Part shown: piece after piece, positions 1 through 12,585 of the stretch
How the letters are laid out: every line of letters begins with the position of its first letter
Numbering within the stretch: position 1 is the first letter of the stretch
Assembly (NCBI GenBank): GCA_032718475.1
Contig: JAUCBJ010006445.1
Span: 1 to 47,892, forward strand
Source: Nemertoderma westbladi
Taxonomy: Eukaryota; Animalia; Xenacoelomorpha
Reading direction: 5' to 3'
DNA length: 47,892 bases
The notes under the pieces: model-generated
Told to the model about the DNA's origin: nothing
The model's input: only the letters and a program-made list of their open reading frames with translations
Databases searched by the model: none
Program-made: the position numbers and the translations under genes

Positions 1-456
1 AGATAATTTGCTTTAAAGTTTGAACATTCCCGCTCAAACCTGACTGTCTGTAGTCTGTTAATCGGTCAGTAATGTTTGACACTATGGCTTCATACCAACT
101 CACTACAATTATCAATATCTGGGGGTTTTCGGGGTCTGTGATTTCATTTATGATGTTTGTCTGTCTGTCTGTCTTCTAAATTTTGACGGACAAATTGGTA
201 GACGGACAGCGATGACTCGAGAACTAAAAAAAGATCTCGCCAAACGGTTTTAAGATTTGAACTCCCCATTAAATTCTGCATCAGATGAAATAAAAAACCA
301 AAAATGTGTCAATTTTACCCAACGAGGGCGTACCCCCCCCCCCCCCCCCCCCCCCCCTTCTGGAAAATGCGTATTATAAAGTCGGACAAAAAAATGTTAT
401 TCTTTTTGTAAAAATAACTATTTTTTTTGTTCGACCTTTTCATCCGCATTTTTGAG

Positions 457-750
457 GAATAGTAGAATGTAGTGTAGAATAGTAGAATGTAGTGTAGAAT
501 AGTAGAATGTAGTGTAGAATAGTAGAATGTAGTGTAGAATAGTAGAATGTAGTGTAGAATAGTAGAATGTAGTGTAGAATAGTAGAATGTAGTGTAGAAT
601 AGTAGAATGTAGTGTAGAATAGTAGAATGTAGTGTAGAATAGTAGAATGTAGTGTAGAATAGTAGAATGTAGTGTAGAATAGTAGAATGTAGTGTAGAAT
701 AGTAGAATGTAGTGTAGAATAGTAGAATGTAGTGTAGAATAGTAGAATGT
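457..750. repeat. Minisatellite, 20-bp unit GAATAGTAGAATGTAGTGTA, ~14.5 copies
   Basis: Perfect tandem repetition is visible. The ORFs at 418-810 and 440-781 are translations of this repeat. Confidence 0.97.
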
Positions 751-1414
751 GCCGAGGCGTGTAGCCGAGGAATAAATGCACATTGTACTATTTCGAGGAT
801 ATGCGGACAAAAAAGTATTTTACAGTGGGTCCGCCTTTTTGCGAATAAAAAAGTGAATTTTTAAAAGAAAAATAGTTATTCTCTTTAAAAAGGTAAAGTA
901 AAGATTTCCTCGGCCGTTAGGCCAGGTCAAAGTCTTAACGACATATTTCCAGTGCGACCCCCCCCCCCCCCCCCCCCCCCATAACTATACTCTCCATAGG
1001 GAACTAGTACTCATTCAACTACCATTTAAGGAGGCAAGGCAAAGATTAGTCCTGGCTATAGTCCCTTAAAATGCAATGCACTCGTGTCGAAACGAAAACA
1101 AACCAAGTTAATTCAATGCTACTTTAACCACTGCACCAAGGAGGGACTTACTAATCGAATAACGTTACTGTTTGTCCTCTTAGTAAAGCATTTCCTCTAA
1201 AGAGTAGGTAAAACCATTTTGCTTTTACTAAAAAAATGTGCTTTTACGATTTCTTGAAATTGTGGAGTAAAAATTATATTTTCTTTTTATAAAATAAATA
1301 GTTTATTTTTCAAAAACAAACTCTACTTATCTACATTATTATCAAAAAATAGGAATAGTCCATAAAATGTAGTTCGTGACAACAGTCTTCATGAAATATC
1401 AGATTCATTCTCCA

Positions 1415-2247
1415 TGGGAGTACACTGGCTAATAAATAGACTGGTGTACTGGGAGTACACTGGCTAATAAATAGACTGGTGTACTGGGAGTACACTGGCT
1501 AATAAATAGACAGGTGTACTGGGAGTACACTGGCTAATAAATAGACTGGTGTACTGGGAGTACACTGGCTAATAAATAGACTGGGAGTACACTGGCTAAT
1601 AAATAGACTGGTGTACTGGGAGTACACTGGCTAATAAATAGACTGGTGTACTGGGAGTACACTGGCTAATAAATAGACCGGTGTACTGGGAGTACACTGG
1701 CTAATAAATAGACTGGTGTACTGGGAGTACACTGGCTAATAAATAGACTGGTGTACTGGGAGTACACTGGCTAATAAATAGACTGGTGTACTGGGAGTAC
1801 ACTGGCTAATAAATAGACTGGTGTACTGGGAGTACACTGGCTAATAAATAGACTGGTGTACTGGGAGTACACTGGCTAATAAATAGACTGGTGTACTGGG
1901 AGTACACTGGCTAATAAATAGACTGGTGTACTGGGAGTACACTGGCTAATAAATAGACTGGTGTACTGGGAGTACACTGGCTAATAAATAGACTGGTGTA
2001 CTGGGAGTACACTGGCTAATAAATAGACTGGTGTACTGGGAGTACACTGGCTAATAAATAGACTGGTGTACTGGGAGTACACTTGGCTAATAAATAGACT
2101 GGTGTACTGGGAGTACACAGGCTAATAAATAGACTGGTGTACTGGGAGTACACTGGCTAATTAATAGACTGGTGTACTGGGAGTACACTGGCTAATAAAT
2201 AGACTGGTGTACTGGGAGTACACTGGCTAATAAATAGACTGGTGTAC
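1415..2247. repeat. Minisatellite, 35-bp unit GGGAGTACACTGGCTAATAAATAGACTGGTGTACT, ~24 copies
   Basis: Period is 35 (GGGAG at 1416 and 1451). Each unit has inverted arms AGTACAC/GTGTACT around AATAAA. Confidence 0.97.
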
Positions 2248-2896
2248 ACAGTATCTCTGGGGAGAGGGATAATTATCCCGACACATTCTTCCCGTAGTGC
2301 AGGGTAGGACCATTATGACTACTTGAACTGTAGCGTTATCAACTTGTTCTAGAAACCATTATATGCCGAAATACTGAAACCAAGGTGTTGTATACAAGTG
2401 GTCAAGACGTGAGAATTTCCTAGCTAACACGAGGGTCAAAAATTACAAATGAAACAATGCATGCAAATGTAAAATATACTTTATTTAACATTAATCAAAT
2501 CACTTTTTTCTCCATGACATACCAACAAATTGATTACAGTTTATATTCTATTTCTGGGCGCTTTATTTAACAAGTTGATGTAAGAATAGGATCGTTAGAA
2601 TTGTAATCTTACGGTGGCCAACAACGGTCATCGTTTTTACAATAAAAACTCAATAGTTTTCTAAGGGAATTATCTACCGTGAACATCTAACGATCTACCG
2701 TCAACGGCGAATTCTATATATTATATTAATATTTTGCGACGGTCGTTTTAATCTCCATTTTGTGAAAAAGATTTTTAGGGTTTCAGTTTCAATTAAATTC
2801 CCTGACTGTAGTAGTTAGTCATCATATCACCGCAGAGATATGTGACTGTGCCAGATAGACTGGTTGTGTAGGCCTATCATTGAGAGAGAGAGGATA

Positions 2897-3082
2897 GGGG
2901 GACTCGAAATTACTCTAAACGCCAAATCCCATCTTAGCGAATAAATATCTCGTCTCAATGTTAAAATATAAATTAAAGGAAAGGAGAGGCACGTTATTCT
3001 AACCAAAACAATAAACGGAAATCAATTTTCCTCTGGAGATGGATTAATTTGAATAGCGTCGAAAGTCCCCCCCCCCCCCTCC
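2897..3082 (+). mobile_element. Dispersed repeat family A (MITE-like, G-run/C-run ends), internally deleted copy
   Basis: Shares CAAATCCC..GCGAATAAAT, AAAGGAAAGGAG, GCACGTTA..CTAACCAAAACAATAAAC and TTTTCC.CTGGA blocks with the copies at ~31200, 33792 and 39757. Ends in a C run. Confidence 0.7.
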
Positions 3083-3290
3083 TCCCTATTTGGTACCCGA
3101 GCATACGTTTGTAGAATTTGCTGCCCCCATTCTGCACACTTTAAAATATGAAATCGTATTAATCATCAATGTATAAAATCAAACTGTTAGGAATCCCTGG
3201 CAATGGTATGCAGTCTGACCTCGTCACTATACTACAGTATTGACCAATGCATAATGACCAATGACCTGAATAATATGCATCAGCCAATAA

Positions 3291-3407
3291 GAATTTGCCA
3301 TCAATTTTTCACGGCAGTTTGAATTTGCCTCCAATTTCCAAGGCTGATTGAATTTGCCGTCAATTTTAATGGCAGATTGAATATGCCGCCAATTTTGACG
3401 GCAGATA
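3291..3407. repeat. Four degenerate ~29-30-bp units (GAATTTGCC..CAATTTT...GGCAG), each an imperfect hairpin
   Basis: Seen directly. Lies about 200 bp upstream of the Ig-like ORF start. Confidence 0.7.
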
Positions 3408-3618
3408 CTTCCCATGAGTTTGATTTGATAACGAAGGCCGCTGTGGGCCACCCTATTATTTTGACCCTCAAGTGACGAAAATAATAATAACAATAATATA
3501 ATTAAACATGATCCATTTCAATAATATAATGAATATCTGCCCAGATTAGATCAGGTTTTACTTCGTGGCTCTTTGTCTACCAGTTGAATAACTATCTTCA
3601 CTACGATTGGAAAGGGTG

Positions 3619-4902
3619 ATGCATTCGAAAACAATAACCGCACAAATAGCATTGATATTAATAAATTATCTGTGTGGCACCGAACAGAGGTTAACTTATA
3701 GAAATGAGCCGGTTTTTGTGAGATTGCATACCGGTTACGTAGAAGATTATTATCGCAACGTGTTTATACTGATGGTTGGAGGCCAAACCTTACACATTCA
3801 ATGCGGACGATACTTCGACAAGTCTGTAGGCGGTGACCAGGATAACGGTCGCCTTCACGAGGAAGACATTAGTGCGATGATATGGGTGAAAAACAGTAAG
3901 CAGCACATCGACGACGGAGTCCCAAACTATGGATGCGAAAATAATTGCTTCGATTTGAAGATCAGTCCAAAGACGCCCGAGCAAACCGGGGTATATTACT
4001 GCGGTAGAATTGAGAGAGAAAAGAAAAAGGAAGGGTGGGCATTCTTCACAACGATGACATTCGTTGTAACAGTTTACGATATTCACGTTGTAGGGCAAGT
4101 CGCCAAAACAGAGCAAATCGTATGTGATTCCACAATGATGGGTGAATTGCTTTTAGGACTGGCCTATGGCAAAAAAACAAAGGGATTTCGTGGCAATGCA
4201 GTAAAGGTGAGATATGCCATAAGACATCATATAACGTTAAATGGAAAGGACATTATGAAGGGGTCTGGTAGTGGAGAAGTTGCTGTTGTTTCAGCAAATA
4301 CAGGTCTCTGGCTTTGTGATCTCATTCAATACGATGCAGCGGATAAGGTAGTACTTACCCCATGGCCCTTATCGATGGTGTACATAAGTAATAACCCAGG
4401 CGAATTAAATCCAAAACCACTGACGGTTTACAAAACAACACTCTCTCCTTACTATTCCAAGAGAAACCCTCATGAATTCCCAAAGTTAGATTTTCCAGCT
4501 ATCTTTGCAAAAATCAGGTTATACGAAGAAGAAACAATTCAGGCGTCGGATAAGGGTCACGATGTGAGTGGAGATGTTGGAAGTGTTGGTGGTGGAAACG
4601 GTGACGAAACCAATGAAGTTGTAAATGGAGAAGAAAATGGAGTCGACCAAAGTGGGGAAAGTGAAACTGGTGATGAAACCTACGAAGGAGATGATGGAGA
4701 AGAGGATGGAGATGATCTTTATACATTTTTCCGTCCTGGTGATGAGATACTCTATCCAGCGATAATGGCGGGTTGTTTCTTTATTGTAGTTATTATATGT
4801 TTTTGTTGCGCATTTTACAATGATCGGTGCCATAATTGGTGGAAGGAACAGCGCACCGCACCGAAAATGAATAGACATGAGCAGGATAAATTGTTAAATT
4901 AA
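3619..4902 (+). CDS. Type-I membrane protein with no intron in the CDS: Ig-like domain(s), acidic stalk, TM helix, short tail (427 aa from ATG 3619)
   Basis: Uninterrupted 1.28-kb ORF in AT-rich DNA. Hydrophobic N-terminus ITAQIALILINYLCG is signal-like. Ig pattern C...W...LKI..QTGVYYC, and a second probable Ig pattern C...NTGLWLC. D/E/G-rich stalk, TM ILYPAIMAGCFFIVVIICFCCAFY, tail ending EQDKLLN. A possible 5'UTR acceptor CTACCAG ends at 3583. Confidence 0.8.
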   Translation: MHSKTITAQIALILINYLCGTEQRLTYRNEPVFVRLHTGYVEDYYRNVFILMVGGQTLHIQCGRYFDKSVGGDQDNGRLHEEDISAMIWVKNSKQHIDDGVPNYGCENNCFDLKISPKTPEQTGVYYCGRIEREKKKEGWAFFTTMTFVVTVYDIHVVGQVAKTEQIVCDSTMMGELLLGLAYGKKTKGFRGNAVKVRYAIRHHITLNGKDIMKGSGSGEVAVVSANTGLWLCDLIQYDAADKVVLTPWPLSMVYISNNPGELNPKPLTVYKTTLSPYYSKRNPHEFPKLDFPAIFAKIRLYEEETIQASDKGHDVSGDVGSVGGGNGDETNEVVNGEENGVDQSGESETGDETYEGDDGEEDGDDLYTFFRPGDEILYPAIMAGCFFIVVIICFCCAFYNDRCHNWWKEQRTAPKMNRHEQDKLLN

Positions 4903-6420
4903 TTGAGAAATGAATAATTATTATTGATCAGAAATTAATTATTATTAAATATTGGTACAATGTTGTTTTAATTATTTTAAAGCAATGTGTGTATTCTGAA
5001 TTTAACAATTTTATTACGTTTTCATAATTATTGTCTACACCTGTGAACAATTTTGAAAATGACGATAAGTGTTTATAAATTAATTTTTTGCAAATTTTCT
5101 TAGTTTTATCATGTATGATAATAATGATGAAGGCATATACAGTTTTTTTATTTTATATATCATTACATCACTATTCATATAAAATATTGTTACAATGTGC
5201 TCGATGGTAAAATACTATAAAAAAGCGGAAGATGGAAGATGAAAAAGCGGATATAGAAGATGGTTTACAGCGTTCTAGAAAACGTGTTTAAATAATAATT
5301 ATAAAACAGGTGGGTTGATGGATATAATAATATATACTCAATAAATAACTCCATACATATTGCTCATCACACCAGTAAAACAAACATAATATTTACTCAA
5401 TCAAATAACTTCAAAGGAGATACAAACAGACAAAACAATAACAAAGTGCAAATTTTTTGGCTGTTTTGAAATTAAAATAAGTTAGCTACACAAGACAAAT
5501 CGGGCATCAAAAATACTTAAATTTGTGCTATAAATATAATGTAATTAATTACCCGTTCCTTTAATTAAACCAAATTAAAATAAAACAAACAAAGAGCGTG
5601 AATTCTCTAATGTAAGCACAATAAATACAAGTAGAATGAAACACCTAAATATGGCCGTTGGATACTGTCAATTAAAGTTTGTTGTATATTCTAAGCCGAT
5701 TAGGTAATCATAACGATACTTAACTGTTCGGAATCGCGTGAAAACCCCAAACCAACTGTATCTACTTAATTACATTTATTAATCGCGTTAAAAAAATAAT
5801 TTGGAACCCTTCATGTTACATGAACCGAATTTAGTGGGCACTGATTACGAAGCACACACAATCAATAGACTAGATAATAATAATCAACTACATCGTACAA
5901 TTAAAAACCCGTTTAAAACATAGAAATTATAGATTAATATTTATATTATGTGATAATAATTATTGGTAAATGTGATACTTTATTATTGATTAATGGATTT
6001 ATTATTGGAAATGTGACTATAGTAACTACATATGATAGTAATTTATGTGCATTATACACATATTCAAAATGATATTGTCTTTATCTACATTAACGATCGG
6101 CCTATTAATTATTATAGACCTGATACTAACTATTATTACATAGCGCCCTAAAAGAATAACTTGAATGACTTGAACCAAATCACAGACTACATCCAATAGA
6201 CCTGTCGCACTCACTACCGATATTCAATTTAAATAATGTAGGTAAGTATTAATTATTGTAGGTAAATATTTCATTCTCCTTGAGAAATTAACATTAATAT
6301 GTAAACGAGATGTAATATATACGGGAGAAAAAGGATAACTTTTTCTGTGATTTTACTTTTTCATGAGAAAATCTCAAAATAAAGAAAATAAGTAATATAT
6401 TTTGGTGGTATTATTTAAAT

Positions 6421-9400
6421 ACTGCGACCCGCGCCTAGTGTCAGTCACACTGTGATCCGCACCTAGTGTCAGTCACAGTGTGACCCGCACCTAGTGTCAG
6501 TCACACTGTGACCCGCACCTAGTGCCACTCACACTGTGACCAGCACCTAGTGTCAGTCACACTGTGACCAGCACCTAGTGTCAGTCACACTGTGACCCGC
6601 ACCTAGTGTCAGTCACACTGTGACCCGCACCTAGTGTCAGTCACACTGTGACCCGCACCTAGTGTCAGTCACACTGTGGCCCGCACCTAGTGTCAGTCAC
6701 ACTGTGATCCGCACCTAGTGTCAGTCACACTGTGACCCGCACCTAGTGTCAGTCACAATATGACCAGCACCTAGTGCCACTCACACTGTGACCCGCACCT
6801 AGTGTCAGTTACACTGTGACCAGCACCTAGTGTCAGTCACAGTGTGACCAGCACCTATTGTCAGTCACACTGTGACCCGCACCTAGTGTCAGTCACACTG
6901 TGACCCGCACCTAGTGTCAGTCACACTGTGGCCCGCACCTAGTGTCAGTCACACTGTGATCCGCACCTAGTGTCAGTCACACTGTGACCCGCACCTAGTG
7001 TCAGTCACAATATGACCAGCACCTAGTGCCACTCACACTGTGACCCGCACCTAGTGTCAGTTACACTGTGACCAGCACCTAGTGTCAGTCACACTGTGAC
7101 CAGCACCTATTGTCAGTCACACTGTGACCCGCACCTAGTGTCAGTCACAATATGACCAGCACCTAGTGCCACTCACACTGTGACCCGCACCTAGTGTCAG
7201 TTACACTGTGACCAGCACCTAGTGTCAGTCACACTGTGACCAGCACCTAGTGTCAGTCACACTGTGACCAGCACCTATTGTCAGTCACACTGTGACCCGC
7301 ACCTAGTGTCAGTCGCAATATGACCAGCACCTATTGTCAGTCACACTGTGACCCGCACCTGGTGTCAGTCACAATATGACCAGCACCTAGTGCCACTCAC
7401 ACTGTGACCCGCACCTAGTGTCAGTTACACTGTGACCAGCACCTAGTGTCAGTCACACTGTGACCCGCACCTAGTGTCAGTCACACTGTGACCAGCACCT
7501 AGTGTCAGTCACACTGTGACCCGCACCTAGTGTCAGTCACACTGTGACCCGCACCTAGTGTCAGTCAGACTGTGACCCGCACCTAGTGTCAGTTACACTG
7601 TGACCCGCACCTAGTGTCAGTCACACTGTGACCCGCACCTAGTGTCAGTCACACTGTGACCCGCACCTAGTGTCAGTTACACTGTGACCAGCACCTAGTG
7701 TCAGTCACACTGTGACCCGCACCTAGTGTCAGTCACACTGTGACCAGCACCTAGTGTCAGTCACACTGTGACCCGCACCTAGTGTCAGTCACACTGTGAC
7801 CAGCACCTAGTGTCAGTCACACTGTGACCCGCACCTAGTGTCAGTCACACTGTGACCCGCACCTAGTGTCAGTCAGACTGTGACCAGCACCTAGTGTCAG
7901 TTACACTGTGACCCGCACCTAGTGTCAGTCACACTGTGACCAGCACCTAGTGTCAGTCACACTGTGACCCGCACCTAGTGTCAGTCACACTGTGACCCGC
8001 ACCTAGTGTCAGTCACACTGTGGCCCGCACCTATTGTCAGTCACACTGTGACCCGCACCTAGTGTCAGTCACACTATGACCAGCACCTAGTGCCACTCAC
8101 ACTGTGACCCGCACCTAGTGTCAGTCAGACTGTGACCAGCACCTAGTGTCAGTCAGACTGTGACCCGCACCTAGTGTCAGTCACACTGTGACCCGCACCT
8201 AGTGTCAGTCAGACTGTGACCAGCACCTAGTGTCAGTCACACTGTGACCCGCACCTAGTGTCAGTCACACTGTGACCAGCACCTAGTGTCAGTCACACTG
8301 TGACCCGCACCTAGTGTCAGTCACACTGTGACCAGCACCTAGTGTCAGTCACACTGTGACCCGCACCTAGTGTCAGTCACACTGTGACCAGCACCTAGTG
8401 TCAGTCACACTGTGACCCGCACCTAGTGTCAGTCACACTGTGACCAGCACCTAGTGTCAGTCACACTGTGACCCGCACCTAGTGTCAGTCACACTGTGAC
8501 CAGCACCTAGTGTCAGTCACACTGTGACCCGCACCTAGTGTCAGTCACACTGTGACCCGCACCTAGTGTCAGTCACACTGTGGCCCGCACCTATTGTCAG
8601 TCACACTGTGACCCGCACCTAGTGTCAGTCACACTGTGACCAGCACCTAGTGTCAGTCACACTGTGACCCGCACCTAGTGTCAGTCACACTGTGACCAGC
8701 ACCTAGTGTCAGTCACACTGTGACCCGCACCTAGTGTCAGTCAGACTGTGACCAGCACCTAGTGTCAGTCACACTGTGACCCGCACCTAGTGTCAGTCAC
8801 ACTGTGACCAGCACCTAGTGTCAGTCACACTGTGACCCGCACCTAGTGTCAGTCACACTGTGACCCGCACCTAGTGTCAGTCACACTGTGGCCCGCACCT
8901 ATTGTCAGTCACACTGTGACCCGCACCTAGTGTCAGTCACACTATGACCAGCACCTAGTGTCAGTCACACTGTGACCAGCACCTATTGTCAGTCACACTG
9001 TGACCCGCACCTAGTGTCAGTCGCAATATGACCAGCACCTATTGTCAGTCACACTGTGACCCGCACCTATTGTCAGTCACACTGTGACCCGCACCTAGTG
9101 TCAGTCACACTATGACCAGCACCTAGTGCCACTCACACTGTGACCCGCACCTAGTGTCAGTCAGACTGTGACCCGCACCTAGTGTCAGTCACACTGTGAC
9201 CCGCACCTAGTGTCAGTCAGACTGTGACCCGCACCTAGTGTCAGTCACACTGTGACCCGCACCTAGTGTCAGTCAGACTGTGACCAGCACCTAGTGTCAG
9301 TCAGACTGTGACCCGCACCTAGTGTCAGTCACACTGTGACCCGCACCTAGTGTCAGTCAGACTGTGACCAGCACCTAGTGTCAGTCACACTGTGACCCGC

Positions 9401-10387
9401 ACCTAGTGTCAGTCACACTGTGACCAGCACCTAGTGTCAGTCACACTGTGACCCGCACCTAGTGTCAGTCACACTGTGACCAGCACCTAGTGTCAGTCAC
9501 ACTGTGACCCGCACCTAGTGTCAGTCACACTGTGACCCGCACCTAGTGTCAGTCAGACTGTGACCAGCACCTAGTGTCAGTCACACTGTGACCCGCACCT
9601 AGTGTCAGTCACACTGTGACCAGCACCTAGTGTCAGTCACACTGTGACCCGCACCTAGTGTCAGTCACACTGTGACCCGCACCTAGTGTCAGTCACACTG
9701 TGGCCCGCACCTATTGTCAGTCACACTGTGACCCGCACCTAGTGTCAGTCACACTATGACCAGCACCTAGTGCCACTCACACTGTGACCCGCACCTAGTG
9801 TCAGTCAGACTGTGACCAGCACCTAGTGTCAGTCAGACTGTGACCCGCACCTAGTGTCAGTCACACTGTGACCAGCACCTAGTGTCAGTCACACTATGAC
9901 CAGCACCTAGTGCCACTCACACTGTGACCCGCACCTAGTGTCAGTCAGACTGTGACCAGCACCTAGTGTCAGTCAGACTGTGACCCGCACCTATTGTCAG
10001 TCACACTGTGACCCGCACCTAGTGTCAGTCACACTATGACCAGCACCTAGTGCCACTCACACTGTGACCCGCACCTAGTGTCAGTCAGACTGTGACCAGC
10101 ACCTAGTGTCAGTCAGACTGTGACCCGCACCTATTGTCAGTCACACTGTGACCAGCACCTAGTGTCAGTCACACTATGACCAGCACCTAGTGCCACTCAC
10201 ACTGTGACCCGCACCTAGTGTCAGTCAGACTGTGACCAGCACCTAGTGTCAGTCAGACTGTGACCCGCACCTAGTGTCAGTCACACTGTGACCCGCACCT
10301 AGTGTCAGTCAGACTGTGACCCGCACCTAGTGTCAGTCAGACTGTGACCAGCACCTAGTGTCAGTCACACTGTGACCCGCACCTAGT
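6421..10387. repeat. Satellite array, 28-bp unit ACTGTGACCCGCACCTAGTGTCAGTCAC, ~140 copies with higher-order variant blocks
   Basis: Period is 28 (6421, 6449). Variant pattern GTGGCCCGC recurs at 6676 and 6928 (252 bp, 9 units). Confidence 0.98.
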
Positions 10388-11120
10388 CACGCTACCGACA
10401 CACACACACTTTTACGGTTAACCTTTATAGTCGCTACGAACCCATTATTACAGCTACCAGTATTCCTACTAACATTCGCTATTGTAATCTCCAAACTTTC
10501 GCTAATGTTAACGAGTAACCACTCAGCTAGAACGCTGTTATACACCCTAATTTACGAAGGAGTTGTACAGTTAAGGTTGTGGGTTATCTATAGTAATTCC
10601 CTTGTGTGTCTGCGGTTGCCCATTAATGGAGTCGGCCTGTCTGACAGTTAGAAATTGATGTCAGCTTCCAACAATGAATCCCCTTGTGCATTTAAGGTAA
10701 ATTAGAACTAACAAACCACGTCGCCAAAATCTTTCGTTATTTTTGAATGTAGATGCTGGCTTGGTATTATGCTATCCAATTCATGAACATTTTATATTGT
10801 CTAAAATTTTATTCATATTTGACACCTTAAGGAAAAATTAATCTGAAATAATAATATCGTCATTAATAAATTATAAACAATTTAATTACGAAACTTCCGG
10901 CATTTAGGTGTGTGCATGGCGGCTCTATTAATCATCTCTAATAACTAACAAGCCATACTGCCACCGCAACCATAAATATAAGACAAAAACAGTCATTTAA
11001 ATTAAAAAAATGTAAATGACGGTTATATGAATTCAGACGCTCCTTTCCCCAGTGGGCTATTTTTTGGTGCTGACTTTAATTACTGCTGTGTTCGAATATT
11101 ATGTTTGGTTTGTATTCTTC

Positions 11121-11182
11121 CTTGTGTGTTCTACTGTGTCCTTGTGTGTTCTACTGTGTCCTTGTGTGTTCCATTGTGTCCT
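11121..11182. repeat. Short tandem repeat, 20-bp unit CTTGTGTGTTCTACTGTGTC x3
   Basis: Directly visible. Confidence 0.85.
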
Positions 11183-11247
11183 GTAAAAATAGCTATCCCG
11201 CATAATATACTTTTTGGTTATATTAGCAAGATAATGTAGAATCAAAA

Positions 11248-12585
11248 ATATTTGGATCAGATGAATTGGGAATTACTTTTGGGTTACCCACATATAGGAT
11301 CAGATGAATTGGGAATTACTTTTTGGTTACCCACATATTGGATCAGATGAATTGGGAATTACTTTTGGGTTACCCACATATTGGATCAGATGAATTGGGA
11401 ATTACTTTTGGGTTACCCACATATTGGATCAGATGAATTGGGAATTACTTTTGGGTTACCCACATATTGGATCAAATGAATTGGGAATTACTTTTGGGTT
11501 ACCCACATATTTGGATCAGATTAATTGGGAATTACTTTTGGGTTACCCACATATTGGATCAGATGAATTGGGAATTACTTTTGGGTTACCCACATATTTG
11601 GATCAGATTAATTGGGAATTACTTTTGGGTTACCCACATATTGGATCAGATAATTGGGAATTACTTTTGGGTTACCCACATATTTGGATCAGATGAAATG
11701 GGAATTACTTTTGGGTTACCCACATATTTGGATCAGATGAATTGGGAATTACTTTTGGGTTACCCACATGGATCAGATGAATTGGGTATTACTTTTGGGT
11801 TACCCGCATATTGGATCAGATGAATTGGGAATTACTTTTTGGTTACCCACATATTGGATCAAATGAATTGGGAATTACTTTTGGGTTACCCACATATTGG
11901 ATCAAATGAATTGGGAATTACTTTTGGGTTACCCACATATTGGATCAGATAAATTGGGAATTACTTTTGGGTTACCCGCATATTGGATCAGATGAATTGG
12001 GAATTACTTTTGGGTTACCCACATATTGGATCAGATGAATTGGGAATTACTTTTGGGTTACCCACATATTGGATCAGATGAATTGGGAATTACTTTTGGG
12101 TTACCCACATATTTGGATCAGATTAATTGGGAATTACTTTTGGGTTACCCGCATATTGGATCAGATGAATTGGGAATTACTTTTGGGTTACCCACATATT
12201 GGATCAGATGAATTGGGAATTACTTTTGGGTTACCCACATATTGGATCAGATGAATTGGGAATTACTTTTGGGTTACCCACATATTGGATCAGATGAATT
12301 GGGAATTACTTTTGGGTTACCCACATATTGGATCAAATGAATTGGGAATTACTTTTGGGTTACCCACATATTGGATCAAATGAATTGGGAATTACTTTTG
12401 GGTTACCCACATATTGGATCAAATGAATTGGGAATTACTTTTGGGTTACCCACATATTGGATCAAATGAATTGGGAATTACTTTTGGGTTACCCACATAT
12501 TGGATCAAATGAATTGGGAATTACTTTTGGGTTACCCACATATTGGATCAAATGAATTGGGAATTACTTTTGGGTTACCCACATA
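11248..12585. repeat. Minisatellite, 43-bp unit ATATTGGATCAGATGAATTGGGAATTACTTTTGGGTTACCCAC, ~31 copies
   Basis: Direct tandem repetition containing the TGGGT-T-ACCCA palindrome. ORFs at 11424-12254 are repeat artefacts. Confidence 0.97.

Noticed and set aside
418-810. Hydrophobic repetitive ORFs on the minus strand
   Set aside because: Artefacts of the 20-bp tandem repeat.
3711-3719. Perfect RSS nonamer GGTTTTTGT inside the Ig-like ORF
   Set aside because: No heptamer lies at 12- or 23-bp spacing. It is ordinary coding sequence (PVFV).
3790-4878. Minus-strand ORFs within the Ig-like gene
   Set aside because: Antisense shadows of the real plus-strand CDS.
11424-12254. MDQMNWELLLGYPH repeat ORFs
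   Set aside because: Artefacts of the 43-bp repeat, with non-ATG starts and shifting frames.
6421-12585. CRISPR-like appearance of the 28- and 43-bp repeats (also the 35- and 37-bp arrays)
   Set aside because: Units are head-to-tail with no unique spacers, there are no cas genes, and the context is a spliced eukaryotic locus.
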